Positions 36,336-46,975 are shown, counted from the stretch's first letter. The stretch is 64,000 nucleotides of DNA from a bacterium (GCA_030646955.1 JAUSKM010000035.1:3944-67943), one strand, 5' to 3'. Notes: generated by a model not told the origin, from the sequence alone. Numbers and translations are program-made.

Positions 36336-38003
36336 ATGGCGAAACGACGTAACGAGGAAACCAGTGTACCGCAGGCGGCGTCAAGGCGTGCCGTGGATAT
36401 TGATGTGGGTGCGATTGAGCGCAATACGGAGTTTGAGCGGGCGCTTGGGTTGGTGCGGGATGGGGCGAACGTGTTTATCACGGGGCGGGCGGGGACGGGG
36501 AAGTCCACGCTCCTTACGGTGTTGCGGGCGGAGTTTGCGGATTGGGCCATGGCCGTGCTTGCACCGACCGGCGTTGCGGCGCTCAACGTGCGTGGGGAAA
36601 CAATCCATCGGTTCTGTAAGTTCAAGGTCGGCGTGACGCTGCAGCACGCGAAGGCAGCGGGCGTGAAGCGGCGCATGGACGATCTTGTGCAAGCATTGCA
36701 GACCGTCGTCATTGATGAGGTGTCCATGGTGCGCGCGGATCTCCTGGATTGTCTCGACACATTCCTCCGCGTGGCACGTCCGGAGCGCAAGCGCGAGCCA
36801 TTCGGGGGTGTGCAGCTCATAATGATCGGGGACTGCTACCAGCTTCCGCCCGTGGTGAAGCCAGGGGAGGCGGCTTTTTTCGGCGGCGGTCTACGGAAGC
36901 GGCGGACGAATGCCGATTCCGTTCCTTCGTATCACGGGTATGCTTCCCCGTGGTTTTTCTCGGCGCGCGTCATGCAGCAGATGGATGTGGAAATGGTTGA
37001 GCTGCAGAAAGTGTACCGACAATCCGATCCCGCATTCATCGCGCTCTTGAGCGCAGTGCGGAATCGTACGGTAGACGAACTGCAGCTTGCGCATCTCAAC
37101 ACGCGTGTCTGGTCCGGACGCGGGAAACCGGAACACGCACGCGGCGCTATCACGCTCACGCCAACGAACGCGGCTGCGGATGCAATCAATGCTGCGGAGC
37201 TTGCTGCTCTGCCGAAGCAGCCGCAGACGTATCGCGGCTGGATGGAGGGGCGTTTCGAACAGGGGCGACTGCCCACGGATGAGGCGTTGGCGCTTAAGGT
37301 GGGCGCGCGCGTCATGTTCCTTGTGAACGATCGGGGGCGGCGATGGGTGAATGGCAGTACGGGGACCGTGTTAGCGTGCGAGCAGGGGTGCACAACGGTC
37401 CGCGTGGACGGACGGGCAGATCCCGTGGATGTGGAGCCGTTCACCTGGGAGATCCTGGAGTCCTTTTTTGACAAGGGGACGCGGAGTATCGGGTACAATA
37501 CGGTTGCATCGTTCACGCAGATCCCGCTGCGTCTCGCGTGGGCGGTGACCATCCACAAATCGCAGGGGTTGACGTTCGATCGCGTCGTCCTTGATCTTGG
37601 GCGCGGCGCATTTGCGCATGGGCAGACGTACGTCGCGCTCTCGCGCTGCCGGTCGTTCGAGGGCATCACGCTCACGCGGCCGGTCAAGGCAACGGACGTG
37701 CGCATGGACTGGGAGGTGGTGAAGTTTTTGACGTCCTTTCAGTACGGCAAGTCCGAGGAGGCCATGCCGTTTGACGAGAAGATCGCGCGGATCAAGGCCG
37801 CGATTCGTGAGGGAAAGCAGTTGCGCATTACCTATCTCAAGCGGAGCGATGTGCGATCGGAGCGTGTCATCACGCCGCGCGAAGTGGGAGAGATGGAGTA
37901 TAAGGGAAAGGAGTTCCCCGGCCTCGCCGCATACTGTCACGAACGTCAGGATGAACGTATGTTTCGTGTGGATCGGATTTTGACGATGGAGGAGGTGGCA
38001 TAG
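36336..38003 (+). CDS. Pif1/RecD-like SF1B helicase with C-terminal WYL domain
   Basis: ITGRAGTGKS, APTGVAA, IDEVSM, GDCYQLPPV, AWAVTIHKSQG, YVALSR; C-terminal ITYL..SERVITP..AYCHERQDERMFRVDRI. Confidence 0.92.
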   Translation: MAKRRNEETSVPQAASRRAVDIDVGAIERNTEFERALGLVRDGANVFITGRAGTGKSTLLTVLRAEFADWAMAVLAPTGVAALNVRGETIHRFCKFKVGVTLQHAKAAGVKRRMDDLVQALQTVVIDEVSMVRADLLDCLDTFLRVARPERKREPFGGVQLIMIGDCYQLPPVVKPGEAAFFGGGLRKRRTNADSVPSYHGYASPWFFSARVMQQMDVEMVELQKVYRQSDPAFIALLSAVRNRTVDELQLAHLNTRVWSGRGKPEHARGAITLTPTNAAADAINAAELAALPKQPQTYRGWMEGRFEQGRLPTDEALALKVGARVMFLVNDRGRRWVNGSTGTVLACEQGCTTVRVDGRADPVDVEPFTWEILESFFDKGTRSIGYNTVASFTQIPLRLAWAVTIHKSQGLTFDRVVLDLGRGAFAHGQTYVALSRCRSFEGITLTRPVKATDVRMDWEVVKFLTSFQYGKSEEAMPFDEKIARIKAAIREGKQLRITYLKRSDVRSERVITPREVGEMEYKGKEFPGLAAYCHERQDERMFRVDRILTMEEVA

Positions 38004-38008
38004 AGCGT

Positions 38009-40210
38009 ATGCAACAGGTGATCAGCAAGCAGCCACAGGATGTCCTTCGGGATGTCTTTGGGTACGAGCAGTTCCGACCGTACCAGCACGAGGCGGTGGT
38101 GCGCGTGTGCGCGGGGCGGTCGGTGCTTGTGGTGCTGCCAACCGGGGGAGGGAAGTCACTCGTGTATCAGGTGCCGGCGCTCGTGCGCGATGGCGTGGCG
38201 TTGGTGTTCTCGCCGCTCATTTCGCTCATGCGGGATCAGGTAGACGCGCTTCGCGCCGTGGGCGTGCGCGCAGCATTTCTCAATTCGACGCTGACGGGGG
38301 ACCAGCGCGACGCGGTGGTTGCGGCTGCGCTTCGCGGGGAGCTGGATCTCCTCTACATCGCGCCGGAGGGGTTCTTTGGGGACCGATTCCAGGAGCTGCT
38401 GCGCCTGCGTATGCGCGTTGCACTCATTGCCATTGATGAGGCGCACTGTATCTCCGAGTGGGGGCACGAGTTTCGGCCCGAGTACCGGCAGCTGCGCATG
38501 GTGCGGGAGCAGTTTCCGGGTGTGCCGATTGTCGCGTGTACGGCGACTGCGACGGAGCAGGTGCGTGCCGATATCGTGCAGCAGCTCTGTATTTCGGACA
38601 TGGAAACGATTGTCGGCAGCTTCGAGCGCGAGAATCTGACGTTGCACATGGTGCCGAAGCACGATGTCACCGCGCAAGTTGCCGAGGTGATCGCACGGCA
38701 TCGCGGTATGGCCGGTATTGTGTACGCGGCAACGCGGAAGCGCGTGGAAGAGCTCTCCGATGCGCTCAATGCGCGCGGGTGCAGCACGCTCCCATACCAC
38801 GCGGGCATGGATGCGGGAACGCGCGAGCGCAACCAGCAGGCGTTTGCGAACGATGCGGTGGACACGATGGTGGCAACCGTTGCGTTTGGCATGGGCATTG
38901 ATAAATCAAACATTCGATACGTCGTACACGCGAATCTTCCGAAATCCATCGAGGGGTACTATCAGGAGGTTGGCCGCGCCGGACGCGATGGGTTGCCGTC
39001 CGAGTGCGTCGCGTTCACCTCGAACGGGGACATCGCGACGCAGCAGTACCTCATTGATCAGGCGGAGAGTGAGGAAGAGCGAGCGCGGGCGAAGCGGCAA
39101 CTGGATCACGTGGTGCGGTTTGCGCGGACGATGGAGTGCCGACACGCGGCGATTCTGCGGTACTTTGGCGAGGAGCGCAGCGGGTGGACGTGCGGCGAGC
39201 GTTGCGATGTGTGCCTCGCGGGGGACATTCAGGAGCGTGATGCGACCACTGATGTGCAGCAGGTGCTCTCGGCGGTGGCGCGGATTGAGCGCGGGGGATT
39301 TCCGGTTGGCGCGCTGCGGATCGCGCAGGTGCTAGGCGGATCGTCGGTGAAGGAGGTGGCGCGATTTGAGCAGCTCCCCACCTTTGGCGGCATGCGTGAC
39401 CGTACGCAAGCAGCCATTCGGGATATCATCGGCTTCTGTATTGATCGGGGGTTGCTCACGCAGGAAGCCGGTAAGTATCCGGTGCTGCGGCTTGGTGCGG
39501 GGGCGGCCGCCGTGCTCCGCGGCGAAGAGCGCGTGCTCGTGAAGGAGCGTCGTGCACAGGCCGTCGAGCAAGTGACCGCATACGAACAGACGCTCTTTGA
39601 TGAGCTACGACAGTGGCGGGCGGGCGTGGCGCAGCGCGATGGGGTGCCGCCATACGTCATTTGTTCAGACAAGGTACTTACGGATCTCGCGACGTACCTC
39701 CCCGCAACCGCGGAAGATCTCCTTCGTATTTCCGGTATCGGGGCGCATCGCGCGGAGCGTTTTGGCGCTGCGCTCCTGGGTGCCATCCGACGGCACATGG
39801 AGGCGCACGGTGTCCCCTCGCGGATGGGCATGCTGCTTGCGACCGCAAAGGAACCACGACGCAGCAAGAAGGTATCGGCGGGATCAGATACCGTTACAGC
39901 AACGTTCGCGCTCTACGAACAGGGATGGTCCGTGGAGCGTATCGCACAGCACCGGGAGCTATCGGAGCAGACGATCGTCTCGCACCTCGCGCAGTGCGTA
40001 CAGGATGGCCGCCTCCCGCTTGCCGCTGTCCGCGCGTTTGTTTCCGAGGAGCGTGAACATGCGATCCGCCAAGCGTTTGTCCGCGCGGGATCGCTGGACG
40101 CACTCGGACCGATCAAGCGTGCGTTACCGCCGGACTACACCTACGTCGAGATCCACTTCGTCCGCGCGGTACTGTTCCGAGATGGCCAGGACGCTGTCGT
40201 AGTGCAATAA
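38009..40210 (+). CDS. recQ: ATP-dependent DNA helicase RecQ (RQC, HRDC, C-terminal HTH)
   Basis: PTGGGKS, DEAHCISEWGHEFRPEY, TATA, AFGMGIDK, YYQEVGRAGRDG, Zn cysteines, HRDC LRQWR..VPPYVI. Confidence 0.97.
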   Translation: MQQVISKQPQDVLRDVFGYEQFRPYQHEAVVRVCAGRSVLVVLPTGGGKSLVYQVPALVRDGVALVFSPLISLMRDQVDALRAVGVRAAFLNSTLTGDQRDAVVAAALRGELDLLYIAPEGFFGDRFQELLRLRMRVALIAIDEAHCISEWGHEFRPEYRQLRMVREQFPGVPIVACTATATEQVRADIVQQLCISDMETIVGSFERENLTLHMVPKHDVTAQVAEVIARHRGMAGIVYAATRKRVEELSDALNARGCSTLPYHAGMDAGTRERNQQAFANDAVDTMVATVAFGMGIDKSNIRYVVHANLPKSIEGYYQEVGRAGRDGLPSECVAFTSNGDIATQQYLIDQAESEEERARAKRQLDHVVRFARTMECRHAAILRYFGEERSGWTCGERCDVCLAGDIQERDATTDVQQVLSAVARIERGGFPVGALRIAQVLGGSSVKEVARFEQLPTFGGMRDRTQAAIRDIIGFCIDRGLLTQEAGKYPVLRLGAGAAAVLRGEERVLVKERRAQAVEQVTAYEQTLFDELRQWRAGVAQRDGVPPYVICSDKVLTDLATYLPATAEDLLRISGIGAHRAERFGAALLGAIRRHMEAHGVPSRMGMLLATAKEPRRSKKVSAGSDTVTATFALYEQGWSVERIAQHRELSEQTIVSHLAQCVQDGRLPLAAVRAFVSEEREHAIRQAFVRAGSLDALGPIKRALPPDYTYVEIHFVRAVLFRDGQDAVVVQ

Positions 40211-40336
40211 AGACAGCCGCCCCGCAGCAGAGCGGGACGGTGAAGTTGTTCGCCGGTGCGCGGAGTGTAATACTAGAGAGGGGATGCGCATTATTCCCCA
40301 TGAGGGGCGCGTTGCGCCCGTACGAGAACACACCGT

Positions 40337-41092
40337 ATGCCATACACAATGGAGCAGCAGCGCCACACAGCACTCGTCGTACTTGGTGGCATCCTCGCCA
40401 TCACGCTCGCGGTGCTTGCGGTCGCAACCACGGCAGTGAAAGTGCGCGAATATCGTGCGGTTGGTTCTGCGCCGGTTGAACGTACGTTGACGGTGTCGGG
40501 AATGGGGAAGGTGCGTGCGGCACCAAATCTCGCGAGCGTCAGCGCCGGCATCACTGTGGAGGCGTTGAACGCAGCGGACGCGCAAGAGCAATCGAATAAG
40601 AAGATGGAGAGCGTCCTGCAGGAAATTCGCGCAGCGGGTATTCCCGAGGAAGACATGCAGACCTCCAATTATTCCGTGTACCCCCAGTACGATTACACGG
40701 ACGGCGTGTCGCGGATTCGCGGGTATGCGGCATCGCAGACCGTACAGGTACAGATTCGTGATCTCGATCGTGTCAATGCGGTGTTCGCGGCGCTCATGAA
40801 GGGCGGTGCCACGAACGTCGACGGACTTCAGTTCTCGATTGATGATTCCGAGGGGCTCAAGGCGCAGGCGCGTGAGCAGGCGATCGCGAACGCGCGTGAG
40901 CAGGCGCAGATGATCGCGGAACAGTTGGGTGTGCGGCTGGGAAAGGCGACACAGTTCAGCGAATCTGGTGGCGCGTATCCTCCCATCATGTACGATCGCG
41001 CGATGGGGATGGGTGGCGGTGGCGCACCGGAAATCCAGCGCGGCGAGAATGAGATTGCAGTGTCGGTGACGGTGACGTACGCGATGGAGTAG
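40337..41092 (+). CDS. SIMPL (DUF541) domain protein
   Basis: LTVSGMGKVRAAPN, IQT-like MQTSNYSVYPQYDY, AREQAIANA, VTVTY. Confidence 0.9.
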   Translation: MPYTMEQQRHTALVVLGGILAITLAVLAVATTAVKVREYRAVGSAPVERTLTVSGMGKVRAAPNLASVSAGITVEALNAADAQEQSNKKMESVLQEIRAAGIPEEDMQTSNYSVYPQYDYTDGVSRIRGYAASQTVQVQIRDLDRVNAVFAALMKGGATNVDGLQFSIDDSEGLKAQAREQAIANAREQAQMIAEQLGVRLGKATQFSESGGAYPPIMYDRAMGMGGGGAPEIQRGENEIAVSVTVTYAME

Positions 41093-41130
41093 TGCACGTT
41101 GCCGTCGGTCATGGAGCGGTGGCGTCCCCT

Positions 41131-41676
41131 ATGTCTGCAGTGTCATCGGAGCAGCACAGCGTGATCTTTGGTGGTGGGTGTTTCTGGTGCACGGAGGCAG
41201 TGTTCCGGCGAATTCGCGGCGTCGTGGCAGTCGTGCCGGGGTATGCTGGCGGGACGACGCCGCATCCCACGTACGAGGACGTGGTGAGCGGGCGCACGGG
41301 GCATGCCGAGGTTGTGCACGTCACCTACGATCCCGTGTGCATCACGATTGATGATCTCTTGGCGGTATTTTTTGCGACGCACGACCCGACGACACGTCAC
41401 CGCCAGGGCAACGATGTCGGGCCGCAGTATCGATCGATGGTTCTCGCAACGCTCCCTGCGCAAGCGTCGGCAGCGCGCGCGTTCATCGAGGCGCTGAACC
41501 GCGAGGGCGGAGCGCCAATCGTCACCGAGGTTGCAATGCTCGAGGCATTTACGCCTGCAGAACCTGAGCACCAGCGGTACTACGAGCGCAATGCCGAGCG
41601 CCCATACTGTCAGCTCGTGATCGATCCCAAGCTGCGGAAATTGCAGGAGCGGTTTCAGAAACTTGTGCAGGAGTGA
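41131..41676 (+). CDS. msrA: Peptide-methionine (S)-S-oxide reductase
   Basis: GGGCFWC, GYAGG, GHAEVV, HDPT..RQGNDVGPQYRS, AEPEHQ.YY. Confidence 0.96.
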   Translation: MSAVSSEQHSVIFGGGCFWCTEAVFRRIRGVVAVVPGYAGGTTPHPTYEDVVSGRTGHAEVVHVTYDPVCITIDDLLAVFFATHDPTTRHRQGNDVGPQYRSMVLATLPAQASAARAFIEALNREGGAPIVTEVAMLEAFTPAEPEHQRYYERNAERPYCQLVIDPKLRKLQERFQKLVQE

Positions 41677-41684
41677 TGTGCGCT

Positions 41685-42137
41685 ATGGATACCGCAGCAC
41701 CACAGCAGCCGGATGTACGTGGCGCTGACGAACGAGAACTCACGCCGGAACAGCGTCGCATCATGTGGGAAGGCGGGACCGAGCCGCCGTTCTCCGGTGC
41801 ATACTGGGATACGCATGCGCCGGGCATGTATCGGTGCGCGTCCTGCGGCGCGGAGATCTTCTCATCTACGGCGAAGTTTGATTCTGGAACGGGGTGGCCG
41901 AGTTTCACAGAACCAGCGAATCGTGCGCGCGTGACGCTCGTTTCAGATGCAGGCCACGGCATGCAACGCACCGAAGTTCGGTGCGCGGCGTGCGGCGCGC
42001 ATCTGGGTCACGTCTTTGATGACGGGCCAGAAGAGCGCGGCGGGAAGCGATACTGCATCAATTCGACGTGTCTCCTGCATGACCGTCAACCGCCGGCAGC
42101 TGGCGATGATCAGGACACGGCAGCGCGCGCAGATTGA
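41685..42137 (+). CDS. msrB: Peptide-methionine (R)-S-oxide reductase
   Basis: GTEPPF, KFDSGTGWPSF, HLGHVFDDGP, RYCINS. Confidence 0.96.
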   Translation: MDTAAPQQPDVRGADERELTPEQRRIMWEGGTEPPFSGAYWDTHAPGMYRCASCGAEIFSSTAKFDSGTGWPSFTEPANRARVTLVSDAGHGMQRTEVRCAACGAHLGHVFDDGPEERGGKRYCINSTCLLHDRQPPAAGDDQDTAARAD

Positions 42138-42162
42138 CATCGTATTTCCTTGCTTGAGGCGT

Positions 42163-43851
42163 ATGACACAGGACATTTTTCTTGATCTGAGTATCGTCCT
42201 TGGCATCACAGCTGCCATCGCATTCGGTATGCGTATGCTGCGGCAGCCGATGCTCATTGCGTACCTCGTTGCCGGCATTGCGGTAGGGCCGTTCTTTTTG
42301 AACCTCATTGATGGCGATGCCAAGCTCCTCCATGCGTTCGCGGAGATCGGCGTCGTGCTCCTCCTCTTTGTGGTGGGGTTGAGTTTGAATTTTCGGCACC
42401 TACGCGAGGCCGGACGATCCGCACTCCTTGCTGGTATCGGGCAATTTGTTTTCACCGCGGTGATCGGTTCGTTGCTGCTCTTGGCGCTTGCACTCCCGCC
42501 GCTCCTGGCGCTCTACCTTGCTGTCGCGGTGACATTCTCAAGCACCATCATCATCGTGAAGCTCCTCAGTGAGAAGGGCGATCTCGATCGGCTCTACGGG
42601 AGGCAGGTCATCGGCCTCATGGTGGTGCAGGACCTTATCGCGATCATGCTTCTCGTCCTGCTCTCCGTACTTGGCGGTACGCATGAGCTTTCCACGGCAC
42701 TCCTGTCACTCGTGTTGCGCGGCTGCGCAGTGCTCCTGGGCATGGTGCTCGCAGCACGATTTGTGCTCCCGCGCATCCTCGCGCGTGCGGCGCGGTCGCC
42801 TGAGCATCTCTTCTTGACGACCGTTACCTGGTGTTTTGTTGTTGCGAGCGCGGTGCGTTGGGCTGGATTTTCTCTGGAAGTTGGCGCACTCGCGGCCGGC
42901 GTCTCGCTTGCGATGTCGCCCTACCAGCCGGAGATTGCGAGCCGCATTCGGCCGCTGCGCGATTTCTTCCTCGTGCTCTTCTTCGTTATCCTGGGCAGTA
43001 CGATGCACTTCGGCGGCATGCGTGCGGCCATCGTTCCTGCAGCAGTCCTCTCAGCATTTATTCTCATCGGCAATCCGCTCATCTTGTATCTGATTTATCG
43101 CCGGCTGCATTTCACGCGACGGAATAGTTTCTTCGCGGGTATTACGGCGGCGCAGGTAAGCGAATTTGGATTCGTCCTACTCCTTGCGGGCGCATCGTTG
43201 GGGCATATCGGACAAGAGGCGCAGGTCATTTTCACGCTCACCGCGATCACGACGATTATTCTTTCGACCTATCTCGTGCAGGGGAACGAGCGGATATTCA
43301 GCGTGGTGCGGCCGTACCTCCGGCGCTTCGGTCGCGACAAGCATCAACAGGAAACAGGAGGCGTGCAGTATGATGTGTGGGTGTTTGGATATCATCGGAT
43401 TGGCTGGAAGGTGGTGGATGCACTCCATACGCATGGGCGTTCGCTTGCAGTCGTGGATGACAATCCCGCTTCCATCGAGAAGCTCCGGGAGCGCGGATTG
43501 CGCGGGTACTTTGGTGATGCGAGCGATATCGAGTTCCTTGAGGCACTTCCGCTTGACCAAGCGAAGCTTGTGCTTTGCACCATCCCTGATCCCGAGACAC
43601 AGAAGCTCTTGCTCGAACATGTGCGTCGGCGATGTGGTGCGCGAGTACGCATCATTGCGACCAGCGAACATGCGTCGCACCTCGGTGCGCTCTACGCGGC
43701 AGGCGCGGATTATGTAACGGTGCCACATCTTCTCGGTGGGACGTGGCTCGCAGGGGTGCTGACGACACAGCCATGGACGAGAGCGGTGTTTCACGGGCTC
43801 CGTCGCACGCAGCACCATGACCTCCACCTCCGTTCCCGTACTGCCCCATGA
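42163..43851 (+). CDS. CPA2 (Kef-type) cation:proton antiporter with TrkA-N/RCK domain
   Basis: LRQP..IAY, IGVVLLLFVVGL, FSSTIII.K, VQDL, QVSEFGF; C-terminal VFGYHRIG..FGDA. Confidence 0.92.
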   Translation: MTQDIFLDLSIVLGITAAIAFGMRMLRQPMLIAYLVAGIAVGPFFLNLIDGDAKLLHAFAEIGVVLLLFVVGLSLNFRHLREAGRSALLAGIGQFVFTAVIGSLLLLALALPPLLALYLAVAVTFSSTIIIVKLLSEKGDLDRLYGRQVIGLMVVQDLIAIMLLVLLSVLGGTHELSTALLSLVLRGCAVLLGMVLAARFVLPRILARAARSPEHLFLTTVTWCFVVASAVRWAGFSLEVGALAAGVSLAMSPYQPEIASRIRPLRDFFLVLFFVILGSTMHFGGMRAAIVPAAVLSAFILIGNPLILYLIYRRLHFTRRNSFFAGITAAQVSEFGFVLLLAGASLGHIGQEAQVIFTLTAITTIILSTYLVQGNERIFSVVRPYLRRFGRDKHQQETGGVQYDVWVFGYHRIGWKVVDALHTHGRSLAVVDDNPASIEKLRERGLRGYFGDASDIEFLEALPLDQAKLVLCTIPDPETQKLLLEHVRRRCGARVRIIATSEHASHLGALYAAGADYVTVPHLLGGTWLAGVLTTQPWTRAVFHGLRRTQHHDLHLRSRTAP

Positions 43852-43896
43852 CGGTGTATACGCTATACTGCAAGTGATGTTCTTATCGATGTTTCT

Positions 43897-44889
43897 ATGC
43901 TCAAGCGAGACGAATGGGGATTCCTGTCGCTCGGTGTGGCTATTGGCGCGCTCGGGCTTACATTCGGGCTGCTCTACACGCCTATCGGCGCGACGGTGCG
44001 CACGACGGGGCTGTCCGACGCGAGCGACGATGCGCGCGTGAAGCCAAACGTCGTGCTGCGCGAAGTGACCGAGGTACCGCGCGGAACCAGGCAGGCGAGC
44101 GACGATGCGGGAGATGGTGCGGCGATTGTTCGCGAAGCGCCATCGGGCGAAAGCCGGCGCGTGGTGGGGGCAATTCCGGCGCGTCTTGCGGCGATCGCGT
44201 GGCCGGCGTCGCTCGACGCGCGTGGCATCGCCGCGACGGCACCTGCTCGCGTCACGGCAATGGAGCTCTATGGACGCATTGTGCCGCGCGACATGCAGGC
44301 GGCGGCAGGTGCATCCGCTGCAAACGCTGCGGTTGCGTTCATCGCGGCGGGGCCTGTTGGCGTTTCCGCGAATGATCCGTGTGTGACCGTGGGAGCGGGA
44401 GAGCGTGCTGCGCTCCTCGACGCGTACGTGCGCACACAGGACAACTTGCCTGCAACCGTGGCAGATTATCAGTTCGTCTGCTCGCTCGTCACCGATCCGG
44501 CTGCGGCCATCGATGTGACGAAGGTGTTTCCGGATCACCGACGCATCGACCTGGAGCCGTATGCAATTCGCACGTTTGCGCGTTTCTTCGGACGACTCCC
44601 TGCGCAGAACGCGCGTGGCGAGAAACTTCCGCAGGAACAGGTGGAGCGCGACTGGTGGGCGGTGAAGTACCTCACGTACTTCCCGGTACTCTCGTCCGCA
44701 CGCCGCGATTTGGCCAAGGAGCGAGCGTGTGTCGCTGCGTTCACCAAGGCATCCCTTGATCTCTACCGCGGGAGTACGCTCGTGCGCAAGAACGTGGGCG
44801 AGGCGCCAGACGATTTGTGGGATTGGGCGTTCGTGCGCGCGTGCGCGTATTCTGGCGCGCCCTTCCTCGATCAATTCGCGCGACGCTAG
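43897..44889 (+). CDS. Hypothetical membrane-anchored protein
   Basis: N-terminal TM; low-complexity linker; C-terminal domain GERAALL...RDLAKER...VRACAYSGA. Confidence 0.75.
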   Translation: MLKRDEWGFLSLGVAIGALGLTFGLLYTPIGATVRTTGLSDASDDARVKPNVVLREVTEVPRGTRQASDDAGDGAAIVREAPSGESRRVVGAIPARLAAIAWPASLDARGIAATAPARVTAMELYGRIVPRDMQAAAGASAANAAVAFIAAGPVGVSANDPCVTVGAGERAALLDAYVRTQDNLPATVADYQFVCSLVTDPAAAIDVTKVFPDHRRIDLEPYAIRTFARFFGRLPAQNARGEKLPQEQVERDWWAVKYLTYFPVLSSARRDLAKERACVAAFTKASLDLYRGSTLVRKNVGEAPDDLWDWAFVRACAYSGAPFLDQFARR

Positions 44890-44913
44890 CGGATCCAGTA
44901 CCACCAAACGCGT

Positions 44914-45417
44914 ATGCGAAAATCGCTCGCGGAGCTGTTCGTTCGAAACATTAGTTTCGGTGTCGAGGACAGCATCGTGTCCACCATGGGACTCCTGGCC
45001 GGCATTGCAGCATCTGGCGCATCACGCACCACGATCGTGTTGACGGGCGTGGTGCTCATCTTCGTGGAGGGGTTTTCCATGGGGATCGGGAGCTTGTTGA
45101 CGGAGCATTCAGTTGCGGAGTTCCGCGGCACCGAAGACCATGTCTCGCGGCGCGATGTCCTGGGCGGCGGCATCATGCTGGGCGCGTACATTACCGCGGG
45201 GCTGCTCCCATTGCTTCCCTATGTATTTTTCCCCGTTCGCGCGGCATTCTGGGTCTCGGTTGTACTCTCGCTGCTCGGCCTCTTTCTCCTGGGCGTACTC
45301 GGCGTGACGAAATCCAATACGCATCGTTTGCGGCACGGCCTCGAGATGCTTATCGTCGGCGGCATCGCGCTGGCCGTCGGCCTCGTCATTGGCCGGGTGA
45401 TGCACGGGCTCGTGTAG
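44914..45417 (+). CDS. VIT1/CCC1-family transporter
   Basis: FGVEDSIVST, EGFSMGIG, GLLPLLPY. Confidence 0.9.
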   Translation: MRKSLAELFVRNISFGVEDSIVSTMGLLAGIAASGASRTTIVLTGVVLIFVEGFSMGIGSLLTEHSVAEFRGTEDHVSRRDVLGGGIMLGAYITAGLLPLLPYVFFPVRAAFWVSVVLSLLGLFLLGVLGVTKSNTHRLRHGLEMLIVGGIALAVGLVIGRVMHGLV

Positions 45418-45421
45418 TGAT

Positions 45422-45793
45422 ATGGAGCACGTGATTCCCTTCGAGCAGCTCGTGGCCGAGGCGCTCGAGCGGGTTCCGGAACATTTTCGAGAGCGGCTCC
45501 GCAATGTCGCGATTGTTATCGAGGATGCACCCACGCCAGCGCAGCTTCGCTCGTGCGGCATGGATGATGATGAGACCATGTACGGATACTACGAGGGCGT
45601 TGCCCAATTGGATCGCGCGATTGATGAGCCGATGCTGCCGGATCGTATCGTGTTGTTCCAGGCAGTGCTGGAGCGGGACTTTGGCAGCGATCCCGCAACG
45701 CTCGGACGGGAGATTGCGCGTACGGTCTATCACGAGATCGCACACCACTTCGGGATTGATGACGATCGGCTGGATGCGCTTGGTAGGTACTAG
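45422..45793 (+). CDS. Zincin-like metallopeptidase (DUF1025)
   Basis: NVAIVIED, GYYEG, PDRIVLFQ, HEIAHHFG. Confidence 0.9.
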   Translation: MEHVIPFEQLVAEALERVPEHFRERLRNVAIVIEDAPTPAQLRSCGMDDDETMYGYYEGVAQLDRAIDEPMLPDRIVLFQAVLERDFGSDPATLGREIARTVYHEIAHHFGIDDDRLDALGRY

Positions 45794-45805
45794 GTCGTCC
45801 CCTCT

Positions 45806-46873
45806 ATGACACTTCCAGCGATTGCGCTCTCGCTCTCGCTCCTCACCAGCGGAGCGGCAGCTGGCCACGCGTCTCTCATGCGCGTTGCCGATGCGGAGCC
45901 GGTTCGAGCGGTCTATCTTACCACCGGGTTGACGGCGAGTAGTCGTTTTTCGACGTACCTTGACCTCCTCAAGACATCCGAGGTGAATGCGCTGGTCATT
46001 GACCTGAAGGACCCCGACGGTCGCCTCGGGTTTCGGCCGGTCACGGCGCCCATTCGTGCGCTTGCACCGGAGCGATATACGATCAAAGACCTTCCGCGAA
46101 AAATAGATGCGATCCATGCGGCAGGCGGAAGTGCGATTGCGCGCATTGCGGTATTTCAGGATCATTGGTTTTCGGAGCGTTTTCCGTCCGAGGCATTGCG
46201 GAATGCATCGGGCGTCCCCTGGCGCGATAGTATTGGGTACGTTTGGCTTGATGCTGCATCACCGCGCGTGGTGCAGTACGCAGTCGATTTGGCGCATGAG
46301 GCAGCGACGCTTGGATTTGATGAAGTGAATTTTGACTACATTCGATTTCCCTCGGATGGAGCGCTGAAGAAAATCGTCTATCCGCATTGGGACGGAACAA
46401 CGCCCAAGACGGAAGTCGTGCGTCAATTTGCGGAGACGATCGCGCGCGAGGTGGGTGAACGTGGCATCCGAACATCCGCGGATGTTTTTGGCATGTCGTT
46501 CTATGCGCTGGACGGGATGGGCATTGGGCAGCACCTGGAAACACTTGCTCCGTATTTTGACGCGCTTGCGCCGATGGTGTACCCCTCGCATTACGGTTCG
46601 GGGTTTGCGGGGTTCACTAATCCCGCCGAGGCGCCGTACGATGTCATTGATCGAACACTTGAGCACGGCATGAAACGCCTCGCAGAACTTCCGGAAGAGG
46701 ATCGGCCCGCTGTGCGGCCGTGGCTGCAAGATTTTAATCTGGGGGCCGTGTACACTGATGCGATGGTGCGCGCACAGATGCAGGCCGTTGCTGATAACGG
46801 TGGCGCAGGATGGATGCTCTGGAATCCTGTGGGAAGATACCATAAGCAGGCATTGCGAGAAGAATCGCCGTGA
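45806..46873 (+). CDS. Putative glycoside hydrolase (DUF4015-like TIM barrel), secreted
   Basis: NALVIDLKD, ARIAVFQD, GFDEVNFDYIRFPSDG, SADVFG, PMVYPSHY, RPWLQDF, WMLWN. Confidence 0.88.
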   Translation: MTLPAIALSLSLLTSGAAAGHASLMRVADAEPVRAVYLTTGLTASSRFSTYLDLLKTSEVNALVIDLKDPDGRLGFRPVTAPIRALAPERYTIKDLPRKIDAIHAAGGSAIARIAVFQDHWFSERFPSEALRNASGVPWRDSIGYVWLDAASPRVVQYAVDLAHEAATLGFDEVNFDYIRFPSDGALKKIVYPHWDGTTPKTEVVRQFAETIAREVGERGIRTSADVFGMSFYALDGMGIGQHLETLAPYFDALAPMVYPSHYGSGFAGFTNPAEAPYDVIDRTLEHGMKRLAELPEEDRPAVRPWLQDFNLGAVYTDAMVRAQMQAVADNGGAGWMLWNPVGRYHKQALREESP

Positions 46874-46943
46874 TGCACATCTCCTCCACCTCGTTTCCAC
46901 TCATCGTCCACCGAAGGGGCAAAAATCCCATTTTTACCAATGC

Positions 46944-46971
46944 TTGACGCATGTTTGCCCGTTGGTATACT
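46944..46971 (+). promoter_or_regulatory. Sigma70-type promoter with extended -10
   Basis: TTGACG-N16-TATACT with TG two bases upstream of the -10. Confidence 0.7.
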
Positions 46972-46975
46972 GGCG

